DNA of 64,000 nt from Acidimicrobiales bacterium (GCA_035530815.1 DATKTZ010000042.1:7810-71809); one strand, 5' to 3'; positions 29,333-39,889 are shown, counted from the stretch's first letter. The notes: generated by a model from the sequence alone, not told the origin. Numbers and translations: made by a program.

Positions 29333-30321
29333 GAGGATCCTCCGTCTGCCCATACGTCCTTCATCAAGAGGTCTGCGCCCGGGATCGCGCCGGCCTTGGC
29401 CTCTTCGGTCGCCTGCTCCACCTGGGCGGCGACCTCGACTTCAATGGCGCCGAGTTGCTCTTCGCTCGCGCCGAGTTCCACCATGCGTGCGCGGTAACGC
29501 GGGATCGGATCCTTGGCGAGCCACGCCTCCACCTCCGCGCTGGGGCGGTACTTGCCCGGGTCGGCCCGCGAGTGGCCGCCGTGGCGGTAGGTCTCGGCCT
29601 CGATGAGACTCGGTCCCTCCCCGGCGCGCGCTCGCGCGATCGCGGTCGCCGCCACCTCGTACACGGCGTCGGCGTCGTTGCCGTCGACGATGATGCTCTC
29701 GAGTCCGTAGGCACTCGCCCGATCGGCGGCGGGATGCGCCACCGCGGTCACCTCGCTGGTGCGGGTGTACTCCATCCAGAGGTTGTTCTCGCACACGAAC
29801 ACCACTGGCAGTTTCCAGATCGCGGCGAAGTTCAACGCCTCGTGAAAAGCACCGATGTTGGTCGAACCGTCGCCGAAGAAGCACACCGCCACCTGATCGG
29901 TGCCGCGGTACTGCGCGCTCCACGCGGCCCCGCAGGCGATTGGCAGGTGCGCGCCGATGATGGCGTACGAGCCCATCACGCCGTGCTCGACGCTCGTGAG
30001 GTGCATCGAGCCGCCCTTGCCGGCCATGAGGCCGTTCGCGCGCCCGAGCAACTCGGCGAGCACCGGCGTCATCGGCACGCCGCGCGCCAGGGTGTGCGCG
30101 TGGCCACGATAGGTCGCAAACGTCCAGTCCGTGGGCTGCATGGCGAACGCGAAGCCGGTGGCGATCGCCTCTTGACCCAGCGAGAGGTGACTCGTCCCCT
30201 TCACCAGGTTCTCGAGGAACATGTCGTAGGCGCGCTGTTCGAACAGACGCAGTGCCAACTGGCCGCGGTACATGTCGAGTCGGGTGTCGAGATCCATCGG
30301 GGCAGCAGAGGTGGTCGTCAT
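29320..30321 (-). CDS. 2-oxoacid/acetoin dehydrogenase E1 alpha subunit
   Basis: HLSLGQEA, TYRGH, GKGGSMH, TPP motif GDGSTNIGAFHEALN..ENN, YRHGGHSRAD. Confidence 0.92.
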   Translation of the reverse strand: MTTTSAAPMDLDTRLDMYRGQLALRLFEQRAYDMFLENLVKGTSHLSLGQEAIATGFAFAMQPTDWTFATYRGHAHTLARGVPMTPVLAELLGRANGLMAGKGGSMHLTSVEHGVMGSYAIIGAHLPIACGAAWSAQYRGTDQVAVCFFGDGSTNIGAFHEALNFAAIWKLPVVFVCENNLWMEYTRTSEVTAVAHPAADRASAYGLESIIVDGNDADAVYEVAATAIARARAGEGPSLIEAETYRHGGHSRADPGKYRPSAEVEAWLAKDPIPRYRARMVELGASEEQLGAIEVEVAAQVEQATEEAKAGAIPGADLLMKDVWADGGSSWRN

Positions 30322-30331
30322 GTGCTCTCTC

Positions 30332-31582
30332 CTAGTACTTGTTGGCGATCATGAGATCTTGGGCGGGGAACTTGGTGAGGATCGCGGGGCCGTCGTCGGT
30401 CACCACGACCTCCTCCTCGATGCGCGCGGCCGAGACGCCGTCGCTCGCCGGACAGTACGTCTCGAGCGCGAAGACCATGCCGGCCTTCAACTCAATGGGA
30501 TCCTTCAGACTGTTGAGCCGGCTGATGACCGGGCGCTCGTGCAGCCCGAGACCGAGGCCGTGGCCGAACTGCAGGCCAAAGGCCGCCATCTCGTCGGCGA
30601 AGCCGAACTCGGTCGCCGCGGGCCAGGCCCGGGCGATCTCGTCGGTGCCCACGCCCGGCTTGACGAGGTCGATCGCCTTGTCCATCCACTCGCGCGCCTG
30701 GGTGTAGGCCGCGTGCTGGGGCGCGGTGGCGCTACCGACCGACAACGTGCGGTAGTAGCACGTGCGGTAGCCGTTGTAGGAGTGGATGATGTCGAAGAAG
30801 GCCTGGTCCCCGGGGCGGATGATGCGGTCAGTGAAGTTGTGCGGGTGCGGGTTACAACGCTCTCCCGAGACGGCATTGACGGCCTCTACCTGGTCCGAGC
30901 CCATCTCGTAGAGGCGCTTGTTAGCCAACGCCACGATCTCGTTTTCGCGCACGCCCGGCTTGAGCGCCTCGAAGATGTCCTGGTAGACGCCGTCGACCAT
31001 CGCGGCGGCCTGGGAGAGCAGCATCAACTCGTCCTGGTTCTTGATGACCCGCGCGTCGAGCATGGTCTGCTGGGCGTCTCGCACCTCGATGCCCGCGGCC
31101 TGCATCTCGAACAGGAAGGGCAGCTCAATGAGGTCGATGCCAATGGGCTGGTCGGCCACGCCGTGGTCGCGCAGCAGCCCCACGATCTCCTTGACGGCCG
31201 ACTCGAACAATCCGGCGCGCGGCGCAATGGCCCCGCGCAGGCCGAGCATGCCCGCGCGACAGTTGTCCGGCTCGAGCCAGGGTGCGAACAGCTTGTGGTG
31301 ACGCGCGGCGGAGCCGAAGTCCCACACGATTGGCTCGCCGCCACGGGTCAACAGGCAGTACCGCGTCATCTTGTCACCGAGCGCGCCCGCGACCCAGGTG
31401 CCCGACACGTAGCGGATGTTGTAGAAGTCGAAGAGCAGCAGCGCGCCGAACTCGCTCGCCTCGAGGGCCTCGCGCGCCCGGGCTAGGCGGTAGTTGCGCA
31501 GCCGCTCGAAGTCCACCCTCGTCTCGAAGTCCACGCCCATGTGTCCAGGCGTGTTCATCGTCGGTCCAAAGCCCTCTCTCAT
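30332..31582 (-). CDS. M24 (Xaa-Pro peptidase/creatinase fold) family enzyme
   Basis: AR.IKNQDE, GYRTCYYRT, GHGLGLGLHERP, GMVFALET, RIEEEVVVT; alternative start at 31558. Confidence 0.85.
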   Translation of the reverse strand: MREGFGPTMNTPGHMGVDFETRVDFERLRNYRLARAREALEASEFGALLLFDFYNIRYVSGTWVAGALGDKMTRYCLLTRGGEPIVWDFGSAARHHKLFAPWLEPDNCRAGMLGLRGAIAPRAGLFESAVKEIVGLLRDHGVADQPIGIDLIELPFLFEMQAAGIEVRDAQQTMLDARVIKNQDELMLLSQAAAMVDGVYQDIFEALKPGVRENEIVALANKRLYEMGSDQVEAVNAVSGERCNPHPHNFTDRIIRPGDQAFFDIIHSYNGYRTCYYRTLSVGSATAPQHAAYTQAREWMDKAIDLVKPGVGTDEIARAWPAATEFGFADEMAAFGLQFGHGLGLGLHERPVISRLNSLKDPIELKAGMVFALETYCPASDGVSAARIEEEVVVTDDGPAILTKFPAQDLMIANKY

Positions 31583-32517
31583 GATGCCCCACCTAACCCG
31601 TCGTCCACTTCAATGTGCTCGGGCTCCATGACGAGGCCCGAGTTTCGAGCTTGCTCCAGCAGTAACACGGCGAAGTCCTCGCTCACGTGGCCCGCGCCGA
31701 TGGCGGCGGCGACCAGCTCACTCGACAACGAGGAGACGGGCATCGACACGCCCAACTGCTTGGCTGCGGCCATGCCCAGGTCGAAGTCCTTGCGCAACAG
31801 GACCGGAGTGAAGGTAGGCGTGAAGTCGAGGTTGACGATCGCCGGTGTCTTGTAGCGCGAGAAGGTCGATCCCATGACCGAGCCGTTCAGGAACTCCAGC
31901 CACGCGCTGCGCTTGATGCCGCCCTTTTCAGCGAGCACCGTGATCTCGGCCATGGCCTGGATCACGACGCCCAGCATCATGTTGTGACAGATCTTCACCA
32001 GTCGCGCTACCTCGTCGTCGCCGACGTAGGTGGCGCCCTTGCCCAGCGCGGCGAAGTAGGGCTGCACGCGTTCGAAGGCGTCCTGGGATCCCGAGATCGC
32101 CATCGTCAGATTGCCCGAGGCCACCACCTTCGGATTACCACTCACCGGCGCGGCCAGGAACTGTGCGCCGCGCGCCGCGCAAGCCGCGCGCACCGTCGCC
32201 GAGGTTTCGCTCGACACGGTCGAGCAGTCCACAACCACCGAAGGCGCCTGCGTTGGGTCGCTCAGCACACCGCGCTCACCCGTCACCACCTCCACCAAGT
32301 CGGCGTTGGCCGAGACCATCACGAACACGATGTCGCACGAGGCGAGGTCCCTCGGATCGTCGACGACCATCGCGCCCAGTTCGCCAAGCACCTCGGCCTT
32401 GGCGCGGGTGCGGTTGGTCACGGTGACGTCATGGCCAGCGAGCACCAGTCGGCGCGCCATGGCGGCGCCCATCCGGCCGCAGCCAATCCATCCGATGCGA
32501 ACGCCCTCTTCAGTCAT
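31579..32517 (-). CDS. NAD(P)-dependent beta-hydroxyacid dehydrogenase family protein
   Basis: IGWIGCGRMG, DCSTVS, APVSGN, VKICHN, LRKDFDLG. Confidence 0.88.
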   Translation of the reverse strand: MTEEGVRIGWIGCGRMGAAMARRLVLAGHDVTVTNRTRAKAEVLGELGAMVVDDPRDLASCDIVFVMVSANADLVEVVTGERGVLSDPTQAPSVVVDCSTVSSETSATVRAACAARGAQFLAAPVSGNPKVVASGNLTMAISGSQDAFERVQPYFAALGKGATYVGDDEVARLVKICHNMMLGVVIQAMAEITVLAEKGGIKRSAWLEFLNGSVMGSTFSRYKTPAIVNLDFTPTFTPVLLRKDFDLGMAAAKQLGVSMPVSSLSSELVAAAIGAGHVSEDFAVLLLEQARNSGLVMEPEHIEVDDGLGGAS

Positions 32518-32542
32518 CCATTATTCCTCTACTCATCGCGGA

Positions 32543-33292
32543 CTAAACGGCGCGGGTCGTCTCTTCGATCGAACCGCCCAGGTACAGGGCGCCGATCTCG
32601 GGGTTGTTGAGCACGTCGGCGCCAGTGCCCTTGAGCCGGACCTTACCGTTCTCCAGCACGACTCCGTCGTGGCTCATCTTGAGCGCCTGGCGAGCGTTCT
32701 GCTCGACTAGCAGCACCGTACGGCCGACGGAGTTCATCATCCTGATCGTCGCGAACATGGACTTGAGTGTCTTGGGGTCTAGGCCCATCGAGGGCTCGTC
32801 GAGCACCACGAGTTCGGGCTCGAGCATGAGACAGCGCGCAAACTCCACGAGACGCTGCTGGCCCCCTGAGAGGCTGCCCGCCTTGTCACGGGCCCGCTCG
32901 GCCACAATGGGGAACAACGCGCAGATGGCCTCCTTGCGCTGAGCGATGATCTTCTTATCCTTTATCAGGTACGCACCGAGTTCGATGTTCTCGTCAACGC
33001 TCATCTCGCGAAAGAGGCTGTGGTTCTGTGGCACCTGGACGATCCCGAGGTGCAGTATCTGCTTGGGGCTGAGCCCAACCAGCTGGGTGCCCTTGAACCA
33101 GATGTTGCCCAGACGCGGGCGCACCAGTCCGCTGACGGTCTTGAGCAACGTCGACTTTCCCGAACCGTTAGGGCCGACGATGCAGGTGACCCCACCCTCG
33201 TTGACCTCGAAGTCAACGCCCTTCAAAACGTCGCCACCGCCGTAGCCCGCGACCACGCCCTCGAATCGCAAGAACGGAATCGATTCAGCCAT
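32543..33292 (-). CDS. HAAT/Liv-type ABC ATPase (LivF-like)
   Basis: GPNGSGKST, LSGGQQ, LDEPSMGL, VEQN. Confidence 0.9.
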   Translation of the reverse strand: MAESIPFLRFEGVVAGYGGGDVLKGVDFEVNEGGVTCIVGPNGSGKSTLLKTVSGLVRPRLGNIWFKGTQLVGLSPKQILHLGIVQVPQNHSLFREMSVDENIELGAYLIKDKKIIAQRKEAICALFPIVAERARDKAGSLSGGQQRLVEFARCLMLEPELVVLDEPSMGLDPKTLKSMFATIRMMNSVGRTVLLVEQNARQALKMSHDGVVLENGKVRLKGTGADVLNNPEIGALYLGGSIEETTRAV

Positions 33293-34067
33293 GGTGCACC
33301 TCCTGGGAAAGTTCGTCCTCGTCGTCGGCGCCACCGAGGTACGCGTCAAGGACCAGGGGATTATTACGCACCTCGGCTGGGGTGCCCGAGACGAGATTGG
33401 ACCCCTGGTGCATCACAGTCACCGCGCCGCAGAGGTTCATGACGAACTCCATGTTGTGCTCCACGATGAGAAAGGTCTTGCCCGACTGGTTGAGCGTGCG
33501 GATCTTCTCGCTGATCTCATTGATCAGGGTGAGGTTCACGCCGCCCGCCGGCTCGTCGAGCAGAATGACGTCGGGATTGGCCACCAGCACGTAGGCGAGT
33601 TCGAGCAGTTTGCGCTGACCGAACGACAGGGCATCCGCCTGTAGATTCGCCAGACGCGCAATACCCACGAAGTCCAACCACTCCATGGCGGCCTTCACTT
33701 CACCCGTCGAGGACATCGAGCGCGTGAGACCTCGCAGCCAACTCTCCTCACGCTGGGTGGCGACGAGCATGTTCTCCAACACGCTGATGCGCCCGAAGAT
33801 TCTCGTCAACTGGAAGGTTCGACCCACACCCAGGGCGAAGACCTTATCGGGACGAGCGTTGGTGATGTCTTTACCGTCGAAGCTCACGGTGCCGGCGTCG
33901 GGCCTGACGTAGCCGGTCATCACGTTGAACAGCGTGGTCTTGCCCGAGCCGTTGGGTCCGATGAGCCCGGTAATGGAGCCCTTTTCGACCTCCAGTGAGC
34001 AGTTGTCGAGCGCCTGCACGCCACCGAAGGCGCGCGAGATGCCCGAAGCTTTCAACAGGGTCGTCAC
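33285..34067 (-). CDS. HAAT/Liv-type ABC ATPase (LivG-like)
   Basis: GPNGSGKTT, RTFQ, LSFGQ, LDEPAGG, VEHNM, AYLG. Confidence 0.9.
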   Translation of the reverse strand: MTTLLKASGISRAFGGVQALDNCSLEVEKGSITGLIGPNGSGKTTLFNVMTGYVRPDAGTVSFDGKDITNARPDKVFALGVGRTFQLTRIFGRISVLENMLVATQREESWLRGLTRSMSSTGEVKAAMEWLDFVGIARLANLQADALSFGQRKLLELAYVLVANPDVILLDEPAGGVNLTLINEISEKIRTLNQSGKTFLIVEHNMEFVMNLCGAVTVMHQGSNLVSGTPAEVRNNPLVLDAYLGGADDEDELSQEVHHG

Positions 34068-35071
34068 TGGTTCACCCCTCCGAGTAGCGCGGCCTCGTTG
34101 CTGGTGACGGCCTCACGCTCGCGCTCGGCCTTCTTCGTCACCCGGTCTCGGATCGCCACCACGACGCCCTGGGGCATGAAGAGGATGACGATGAGAAACA
34201 GCGCACCAAACAGGATCAGGTAGAGCGAGCCATTGGAGTACGACACGGTCAGGTACTGCTGAAGTGACTCGAGCACCAGCGCTCCGAGCAGTGGGCCCAC
34301 CAATGTGCCGAGGCCGCCCAGAAAGGCCATCAGCGCGATGGAGATGTCGAAGAGCGGGTCGAAGACGAACTGCGGGTAGATCTGGCCAATGAACATGGCG
34401 TAGAGCGCGCCCATCATCCCCACCGTGAAGGCCGACATTGCGAAACCAGTCAACTTCACGGCCGAGACCTTGACACCCAGACCGAGTGCACGGTCCTCGT
34501 CATCACGAATCGCCAGAAGTTGAAGTCCGAACCTCGTGCGTCGCACCGCGGCCGACAGCACCGTGATGAAAATGACGATGACCAGCGCCACATAGTAGAA
34601 GGGCACGTTGTAGTAGCTCGCGCCCCAGGTGATGAATGGCAGGTTCAATCCGGCCGTGCCACCGGTAAAGCCGGCGTTAATGGCCGACAGCTGCGCCACG
34701 AAGAACACCGCAATGGTGATGACGACGAAAGTGTGTCGACGCACGCGTAGCACGACCACCCCGACAGGTATCGCCACGATCATGGCGAAGAGCCCTCCGA
34801 GCGGCACCAACCAGAACATCGCGGCGCCCGCCGCCATGTTCATGTGAATCGAGAACAGGGCCATGGTGTAGGCACCCACGCCGTACCAGACACCCGAGCC
34901 CAGGGCGATGTACCCGGAGTAGCCCGAGAACATGTTCCACGACGTCGTGCAGCCCATGAAGATGAGGGTGAACACGCCGATAGTCGTGTAGGTGGGGTTC
35001 GACACGATCAGTGGGAACACTACGAACGCCGCGAGGGCGAGCGGCCACCAGAGATTCTTTCGCTGCAACAT
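34064..35071 (-). CDS. HAAT/Liv-type ABC permease (LivM-like)
   Basis: WNMFSGYSGYIALG, FGLQLLAIRDDEDRA, LGGLGTLVGP; the track ORF is over-extended at its 5' end. Confidence 0.88.
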   Translation of the reverse strand: MLQRKNLWWPLALAAFVVFPLIVSNPTYTTIGVFTLIFMGCTTSWNMFSGYSGYIALGSGVWYGVGAYTMALFSIHMNMAAGAAMFWLVPLGGLFAMIVAIPVGVVVLRVRRHTFVVITIAVFFVAQLSAINAGFTGGTAGLNLPFITWGASYYNVPFYYVALVIVIFITVLSAAVRRTRFGLQLLAIRDDEDRALGLGVKVSAVKLTGFAMSAFTVGMMGALYAMFIGQIYPQFVFDPLFDISIALMAFLGGLGTLVGPLLGALVLESLQQYLTVSYSNGSLYLILFGALFLIVILFMPQGVVVAIRDRVTKKAEREREAVTSNEAALLGGVNQ

Positions 35072-35955
35072 CACGCGGTCCTCGCTGACTGCTTGCCGAA
35101 GAGGCCCTGCGGACGCACCAGCAGCACAAGGACCAGAACCAAGAAGAACGACATCGTTGACCACACGGGCGACCACGCCACCGCGACGATGTCCTCGATG
35201 GTGACCATCGCCATACCCGCCACGAGGGCTCCGCCGAGGCTGCCCATACCGCCGAGGACAATGATGATCAAGAGACGCGAGATGAGGTCGTAACTCGAAC
35301 TCGCATTGAAGGCGTTGGTGGCACCGTAGATCATGCCGCCAGCGGCCGTCACGGCCACGCCAATGCCGAAGCAGATCGTTGAAACTCGACGAACGTCGAT
35401 GCCGACCAGTGCCGCAGCAGTCTGGTCGGCAAGCGACGCTCGCACACTCGCACCAAAGCGAGTTCGATACAAGATGTAATACAGCGCACTCAAGAGCACC
35501 GCCGCCAGAATGAATCCGAAGACGTAGATGTAAGGAATCCAGATTCCGAAGATCTCGAACGAACGGTTCACGTACCACGTCTGGATCTGCACGTTGTTAA
35601 CCGTGAAGATCATGTTGAGTGCGCCCTCGATGAGCAGGGAGACCGCGTAGGTAACCAGAATCGACATCGCTGTCTTCTCGGGCCCCTTCAGTCGCCGAAT
35701 GAAGGCCCACTCGATTACGATCCCGACGACGAACAGCGTCGGGATCGTAATCAAGAGACCGACAAAGGGGTCAATCCCCCAGTGCACGGAGAGCGCGTAA
35801 CTCAAGTAGGCGCCGAGAATCACCAGGATTCCCTGAGCGATGTTGATGATGTCCATCACTCCGAAAATGAGGGTGAGACCCGTTGCCATCAAGGCGTAGA
35901 CCGAACCGGTCAGGACGCCATCTATCAGAGCGTGGATGAGTGCGCTGCTATTCAA
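35071..35955 (-). CDS. HAAT/Liv-type ABC permease (LivH-like)
   Basis: YALMATGLTLIFGVMDIINIAQG, VLGGMGSLGG, RPQGLFG. Confidence 0.9.
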   Translation of the reverse strand: MNSSALIHALIDGVLTGSVYALMATGLTLIFGVMDIINIAQGILVILGAYLSYALSVHWGIDPFVGLLITIPTLFVVGIVIEWAFIRRLKGPEKTAMSILVTYAVSLLIEGALNMIFTVNNVQIQTWYVNRSFEIFGIWIPYIYVFGFILAAVLLSALYYILYRTRFGASVRASLADQTAAALVGIDVRRVSTICFGIGVAVTAAGGMIYGATNAFNASSSYDLISRLLIIIVLGGMGSLGGALVAGMAMVTIEDIVAVAWSPVWSTMSFFLVLVLVLLVRPQGLFGKQSARTA

Positions 35956-35959
35956 GGGT

Positions 35960-37213
35960 CTACTTCCCCCAGACTGGCTTCGGGTAGAGCACCTTGACTG
36001 AGTTCGGGTCAGACGTCGGGTTCACCTGGAGGAACTTCCCATTTTGCCACTGGAAGGTGAACGCGGTCGCACTGAAGCTTTCGCCCAGTTTGTTGAACTT
36101 CTCGGTGCCGAGGACGGACTTGATCGTCACGCCCGAGTGGAGGTACTTGATGATCTTCGAGTTGTCGAAGCCCTTCGTTGCCTTCACCGCGTTGGCCATG
36201 ACCTGACCGACCGCGTACGCCTCAGCGACGTCCGCACTCACGCCTGATGGCGTGCCACCGTACTGCTTGACGTACTCGGCGACCATCTTCTTGCTCTGCG
36301 GGTTGGAGGAGAGGCCGTACCAGGTGTCGGGAACCATGATGCCATTGGCGTTCTTCACACCAACCGCCTTGATGAACTGGCTGCCCTGGTCGGGACCACC
36401 GGTCGCCACGATGTTCTTCGGGTTGTAGTGCGCCTGTTCAAACGCCTGCATGAAGCCCGAGATGATCGGGATGCCGTTGGATCCGATGATGACCGCCTGG
36501 GCCTTCGAGGCCGCGACGGCGTCGGCGATCGCGGTGAAGTCGGTGACCTCAGCCGGGAACACGGAGTTGTACACGGTCTTGATGCCGGCCTTCTTCAGAA
36601 TCTTCTCCACCACCGGAATCTGCGGCTGGGTGAACGGGTCGTTCGATGTCACGTACGCCGCGGTCTTGGGTCGCTGCGACTTGGGCAGGGACGCCATCCA
36701 GTGGGCGTAGGGCAACATCCAGCCGATGACCGGCAACTCCACGTCAAAGACGTTGGTGAGTCCTGCTTGGAACACCGAGGGTGCCCCACCGGCTCCTTCA
36801 ACCATGGCGTAGCCGTAGCGTGACACCGCCTTGGCGGCGGGCAACGTCAGCAGTGACGAGAAGGGCCCGAACGTCAGGTTCACGTGGTCGCTTGAGATCA
36901 ACTTCTGATAGTTGGTAACCACCTGGGTCGGGCTGGACGCGTCCGAGACGATGTCCAACTTCACCTTGTGGCCCAAGAGTCCGCCCTGCTTGTTGACGTC
37001 GGCCGCCCACAATTCGTAGCCTTGCTTGAACGCCAAGCCGTCGCCCGAAAAGTCTCCGGAGAGCGAGAGCGAGACGCCGATCGTGACTGGCTTACCCTTG
37101 GCAATCGTTCCGCTCGACGCGCCACTCGTCGTCGCCGTCGCCATCATCAGCATCGACGACGCAGCGACCGAAGTCACTCCGAGCGCGCGAAAAAACTTCC
37201 CTCGTTTAATCAT
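35960..37213 (-). CDS. HAAT/Liv-type ABC substrate-binding protein
   Basis: Signal peptide; IGVSLSLSG, NKQGGLLG, GPFSS, QWQNG. Confidence 0.88.
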   Translation of the reverse strand: MIKRGKFFRALGVTSVAASSMLMMATATTSGASSGTIAKGKPVTIGVSLSLSGDFSGDGLAFKQGYELWAADVNKQGGLLGHKVKLDIVSDASSPTQVVTNYQKLISSDHVNLTFGPFSSLLTLPAAKAVSRYGYAMVEGAGGAPSVFQAGLTNVFDVELPVIGWMLPYAHWMASLPKSQRPKTAAYVTSNDPFTQPQIPVVEKILKKAGIKTVYNSVFPAEVTDFTAIADAVAASKAQAVIIGSNGIPIISGFMQAFEQAHYNPKNIVATGGPDQGSQFIKAVGVKNANGIMVPDTWYGLSSNPQSKKMVAEYVKQYGGTPSGVSADVAEAYAVGQVMANAVKATKGFDNSKIIKYLHSGVTIKSVLGTEKFNKLGESFSATAFTFQWQNGKFLQVNPTSDPNSVKVLYPKPVWGK

Positions 37214-37446
37214 GAATTCCCCCCTGCAATTGTGCGGCCCGACGCTTCCCCCAACTCCGTGGCGCTCGGTCCGATCACTCGGTGAGTGATTGGGCAACGA
37301 TAACGATGCTCAGGTGCCTCGTCAACCGCATAGGGGCTGAAATTTCTTCTAAGACCGTGAAAAGAATTAAAGCGACGCGCCCTGCTCACTGGTGCACATT
37401 GTCAGTTACCATCAGCACCTATTCGATGTAACTGGGGGGGGGAACG

Positions 37447-38523
37447 ATGGCCGATGCGCTGCTGGAGACGGCTATCGCGAATTGGGAACCACGCTTCTGC
37501 GTCAACGGGGTCGAGACCAGCGACTACGCACGTATCACGAGCGGCCTGGAGCACTGGGACGACTGGTGCGACGCCTGGTGCGCTGGAGCCGAGGTACACC
37601 TGGAACTCGCTGTGCAGGCCCTCAGTGAGGGCCGCACGCGCAGTGCCGGCGAGTCATTCGCGCGCGCCGCGACATACTTTCACTTCGGCAAGTTCCTCTT
37701 CGTGCACGACCTCGATCAGGCCCGCGCGGCCCATATGCGCGCCGTTGACGCCCTCAACCAGGCACTTCCCAACTTCATACCGCCGGCCAGTCGCGAGGAG
37801 ATCGTCTTTGAGGGGTCGCGCCTGGTGGGCATCTTGCGCGTGCCCGGCAACCAGGGCCCCCACCCGACGGTCATCCTGATCCCCGGCCTGGATTCAACCA
37901 AGGAGGAGTTTCGCGAGGTCGAACGCACGTTCCTCGACCGGGGCATGGCGACCTTCGCCCTGGACGGCCCCGGGCAGGGCGAGGCCGAGTGGGACCTCGC
38001 GATTCGCCCCGAGTGGGAACGGGTCGGCGAAGCCGTGCTCGCCCACCTGCACACGCTGGCTCAGGTGGACGCGACCCGTGTGGGAGTATGGGGCGTGAGC
38101 CTCGGTGGCTACTACGCCGCGCGCCTCGCGAGCGCGGGACTGCCGATCAAGGCCACCATCGCCCTCGCCGGCCCCTATGACTTCGCCGCCGCGTGGGACA
38201 ACCTCAACCCCCTCACTCGTCTTGCCTTTCAGGTTCGCGCACACACCGCTTCGCCTGACGAGGCCCGGCGCCGGACGATGGACTTCACGATGCAAGGCTA
38301 CGCTGCCAAGATCACGACACCCCTTATGGTGATCATGGGAAAGCGCGACCGGCTCTTCTCGTGGCACGATGGCGAACGACTCGCCAGCGAGGCGAGCGGT
38401 GCCACGCAACTGGTGCTGCTCGATGAGGGCAACCACGGCTGCGCCAACGTCGTCTATCGACACCGCCCGCTCAGCGCGGACTGGATGGCCCAACAACTCA
38501 ACGTGCCCGTCGAACGTCGATGA
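37447..38523 (+). CDS. alpha/beta hydrolase (2,6-dihydroxypseudooxynicotine hydrolase/FrsA-like)
   Basis: PGLDSTKEE, DGPGQGE, nucleophile elbow GVSLGGY, GNHG. Confidence 0.82.
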   Translation: MADALLETAIANWEPRFCVNGVETSDYARITSGLEHWDDWCDAWCAGAEVHLELAVQALSEGRTRSAGESFARAATYFHFGKFLFVHDLDQARAAHMRAVDALNQALPNFIPPASREEIVFEGSRLVGILRVPGNQGPHPTVILIPGLDSTKEEFREVERTFLDRGMATFALDGPGQGEAEWDLAIRPEWERVGEAVLAHLHTLAQVDATRVGVWGVSLGGYYAARLASAGLPIKATIALAGPYDFAAAWDNLNPLTRLAFQVRAHTASPDEARRRTMDFTMQGYAAKITTPLMVIMGKRDRLFSWHDGERLASEASGATQLVLLDEGNHGCANVVYRHRPLSADWMAQQLNVPVERR

Positions 38524-38551
38524 GTACTCGCGATCACAAGGATTACCACTG

Positions 38552-39889
38552 ATGCCCAATGTCACAATGCCCCAACTCGGAGAGACCGTCGCCGAGGGCA
38601 CGGTCACCAAATGGATGAAGCAGGTCGGTGAGCAGGTCGTGCGTGGCGAGGTGCTGTTCGAAGTGTCAACCGACAAGGTAGACACCGAGATCCCCGCCCA
38701 ACACGACGGTGTGCTGACCCAGATCCTCGTGCCCGAAGGCACGACGGTCGACGTAGGCACCGTGCTAGCGGTCATCGGCGACGCCGACGGGCCCATAGCT
38801 GCAGCGCCAGTCGCGGCTGCCGCCACCGGCGCTGCGCCGAGCACCGCGTCGTCGACGCCCGCCCCGCGCCCGGCCGCCAGGGGTGACGACGCACAACTCT
38901 CGCCCGTGGTGCGACGCCTGCTCAGCGAACACCACCTCGACGCCGGCGACGTCGTCGGCACCGGCCCCAAGGGGCGAATCACCCGCGACGACGTGCTCGC
39001 CCACGTCGCCGCATCCGCGCCATCCACTCCCGGTGTCGAGGCGCCGCTGTCGCCGGTCGTGCGCCGACTGCTACGCGAGCACAACCTCGACGCTGCGTCG
39101 ATCAAAGGCACGGGCAGTGACGGACGCGTCACCCGGCGCGACGTCGAGGCGGCCATCGCCACGCAACCGAGCGCCCCCGAGGGAGACGAGGTCATCGCCT
39201 TCTCCAAGATCCGTCGGCTCACCGCCGAGCACATGGTGCGCTCCAAGGCCACCTCGGCGCACACCCTGATGGTCAAGGAGGTCGACTACGAACGGATCGA
39301 CCGGCTGCGTCGCGCCCAGGGCGCGCAGTTCAAGGAGCGCGAGGGCTTCTCGCTCACCTACCTCGCCTTCAACGCACTCGCCGCGCTGAGCGCGCTGCGC
39401 GAGTTCCCGCACCTGAACGCGTCGGTGGGCGAGGACGCGCTCATCGTGCACCACGACCTCAACCTGGGCATCGCGGTCGACATCGAGGGAACGGGCCTAG
39501 TGGTGCCGGTCATCCGTCACGCCGACACGCTCTCTTTGGTGGCGATGGCCCGGGCCATTCGCGACATGGCCACGCGCGCGCGCACCAAGCGGCTCACGAT
39601 TGACGAGACCACCAAGGGTACGTTCACGATCACCAACCCGGGACCCTTCGGTACCCTGATCACCGGCGCAATCATCAACCAGCCGCAAGTAGCCATTCTC
39701 TCCACTGACGGGGTGCAACGAAAGCCAGTGGTCGTGACGGGCCCCGACGGCGAATCGATCGCGATCCACTCGGTGGGAATGCTGGCGCTGAACTTCGACC
39801 ATCGCGTGATCGACGGCGCCTACGCCGCTCGATTCCTCGCGCGCACGGCGGAAATCCTCCAAACGCGTGACTGGGCCACCGAACTCTAG
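38552..39889 (+). CDS. dihydrolipoamide acyltransferase (E2) with two E3/E1-binding domains
   Basis: Lipoyl domain EVSTDKVDTE; two copies of LSPVVRRLL..GTG..GR.T..DV; catalytic DHRVIDG. Confidence 0.92.
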   Translation: MPNVTMPQLGETVAEGTVTKWMKQVGEQVVRGEVLFEVSTDKVDTEIPAQHDGVLTQILVPEGTTVDVGTVLAVIGDADGPIAAAPVAAAATGAAPSTASSTPAPRPAARGDDAQLSPVVRRLLSEHHLDAGDVVGTGPKGRITRDDVLAHVAASAPSTPGVEAPLSPVVRRLLREHNLDAASIKGTGSDGRVTRRDVEAAIATQPSAPEGDEVIAFSKIRRLTAEHMVRSKATSAHTLMVKEVDYERIDRLRRAQGAQFKEREGFSLTYLAFNALAALSALREFPHLNASVGEDALIVHHDLNLGIAVDIEGTGLVVPVIRHADTLSLVAMARAIRDMATRARTKRLTIDETTKGTFTITNPGPFGTLITGAIINQPQVAILSTDGVQRKPVVVTGPDGESIAIHSVGMLALNFDHRVIDGAYAARFLARTAEILQTRDWATEL

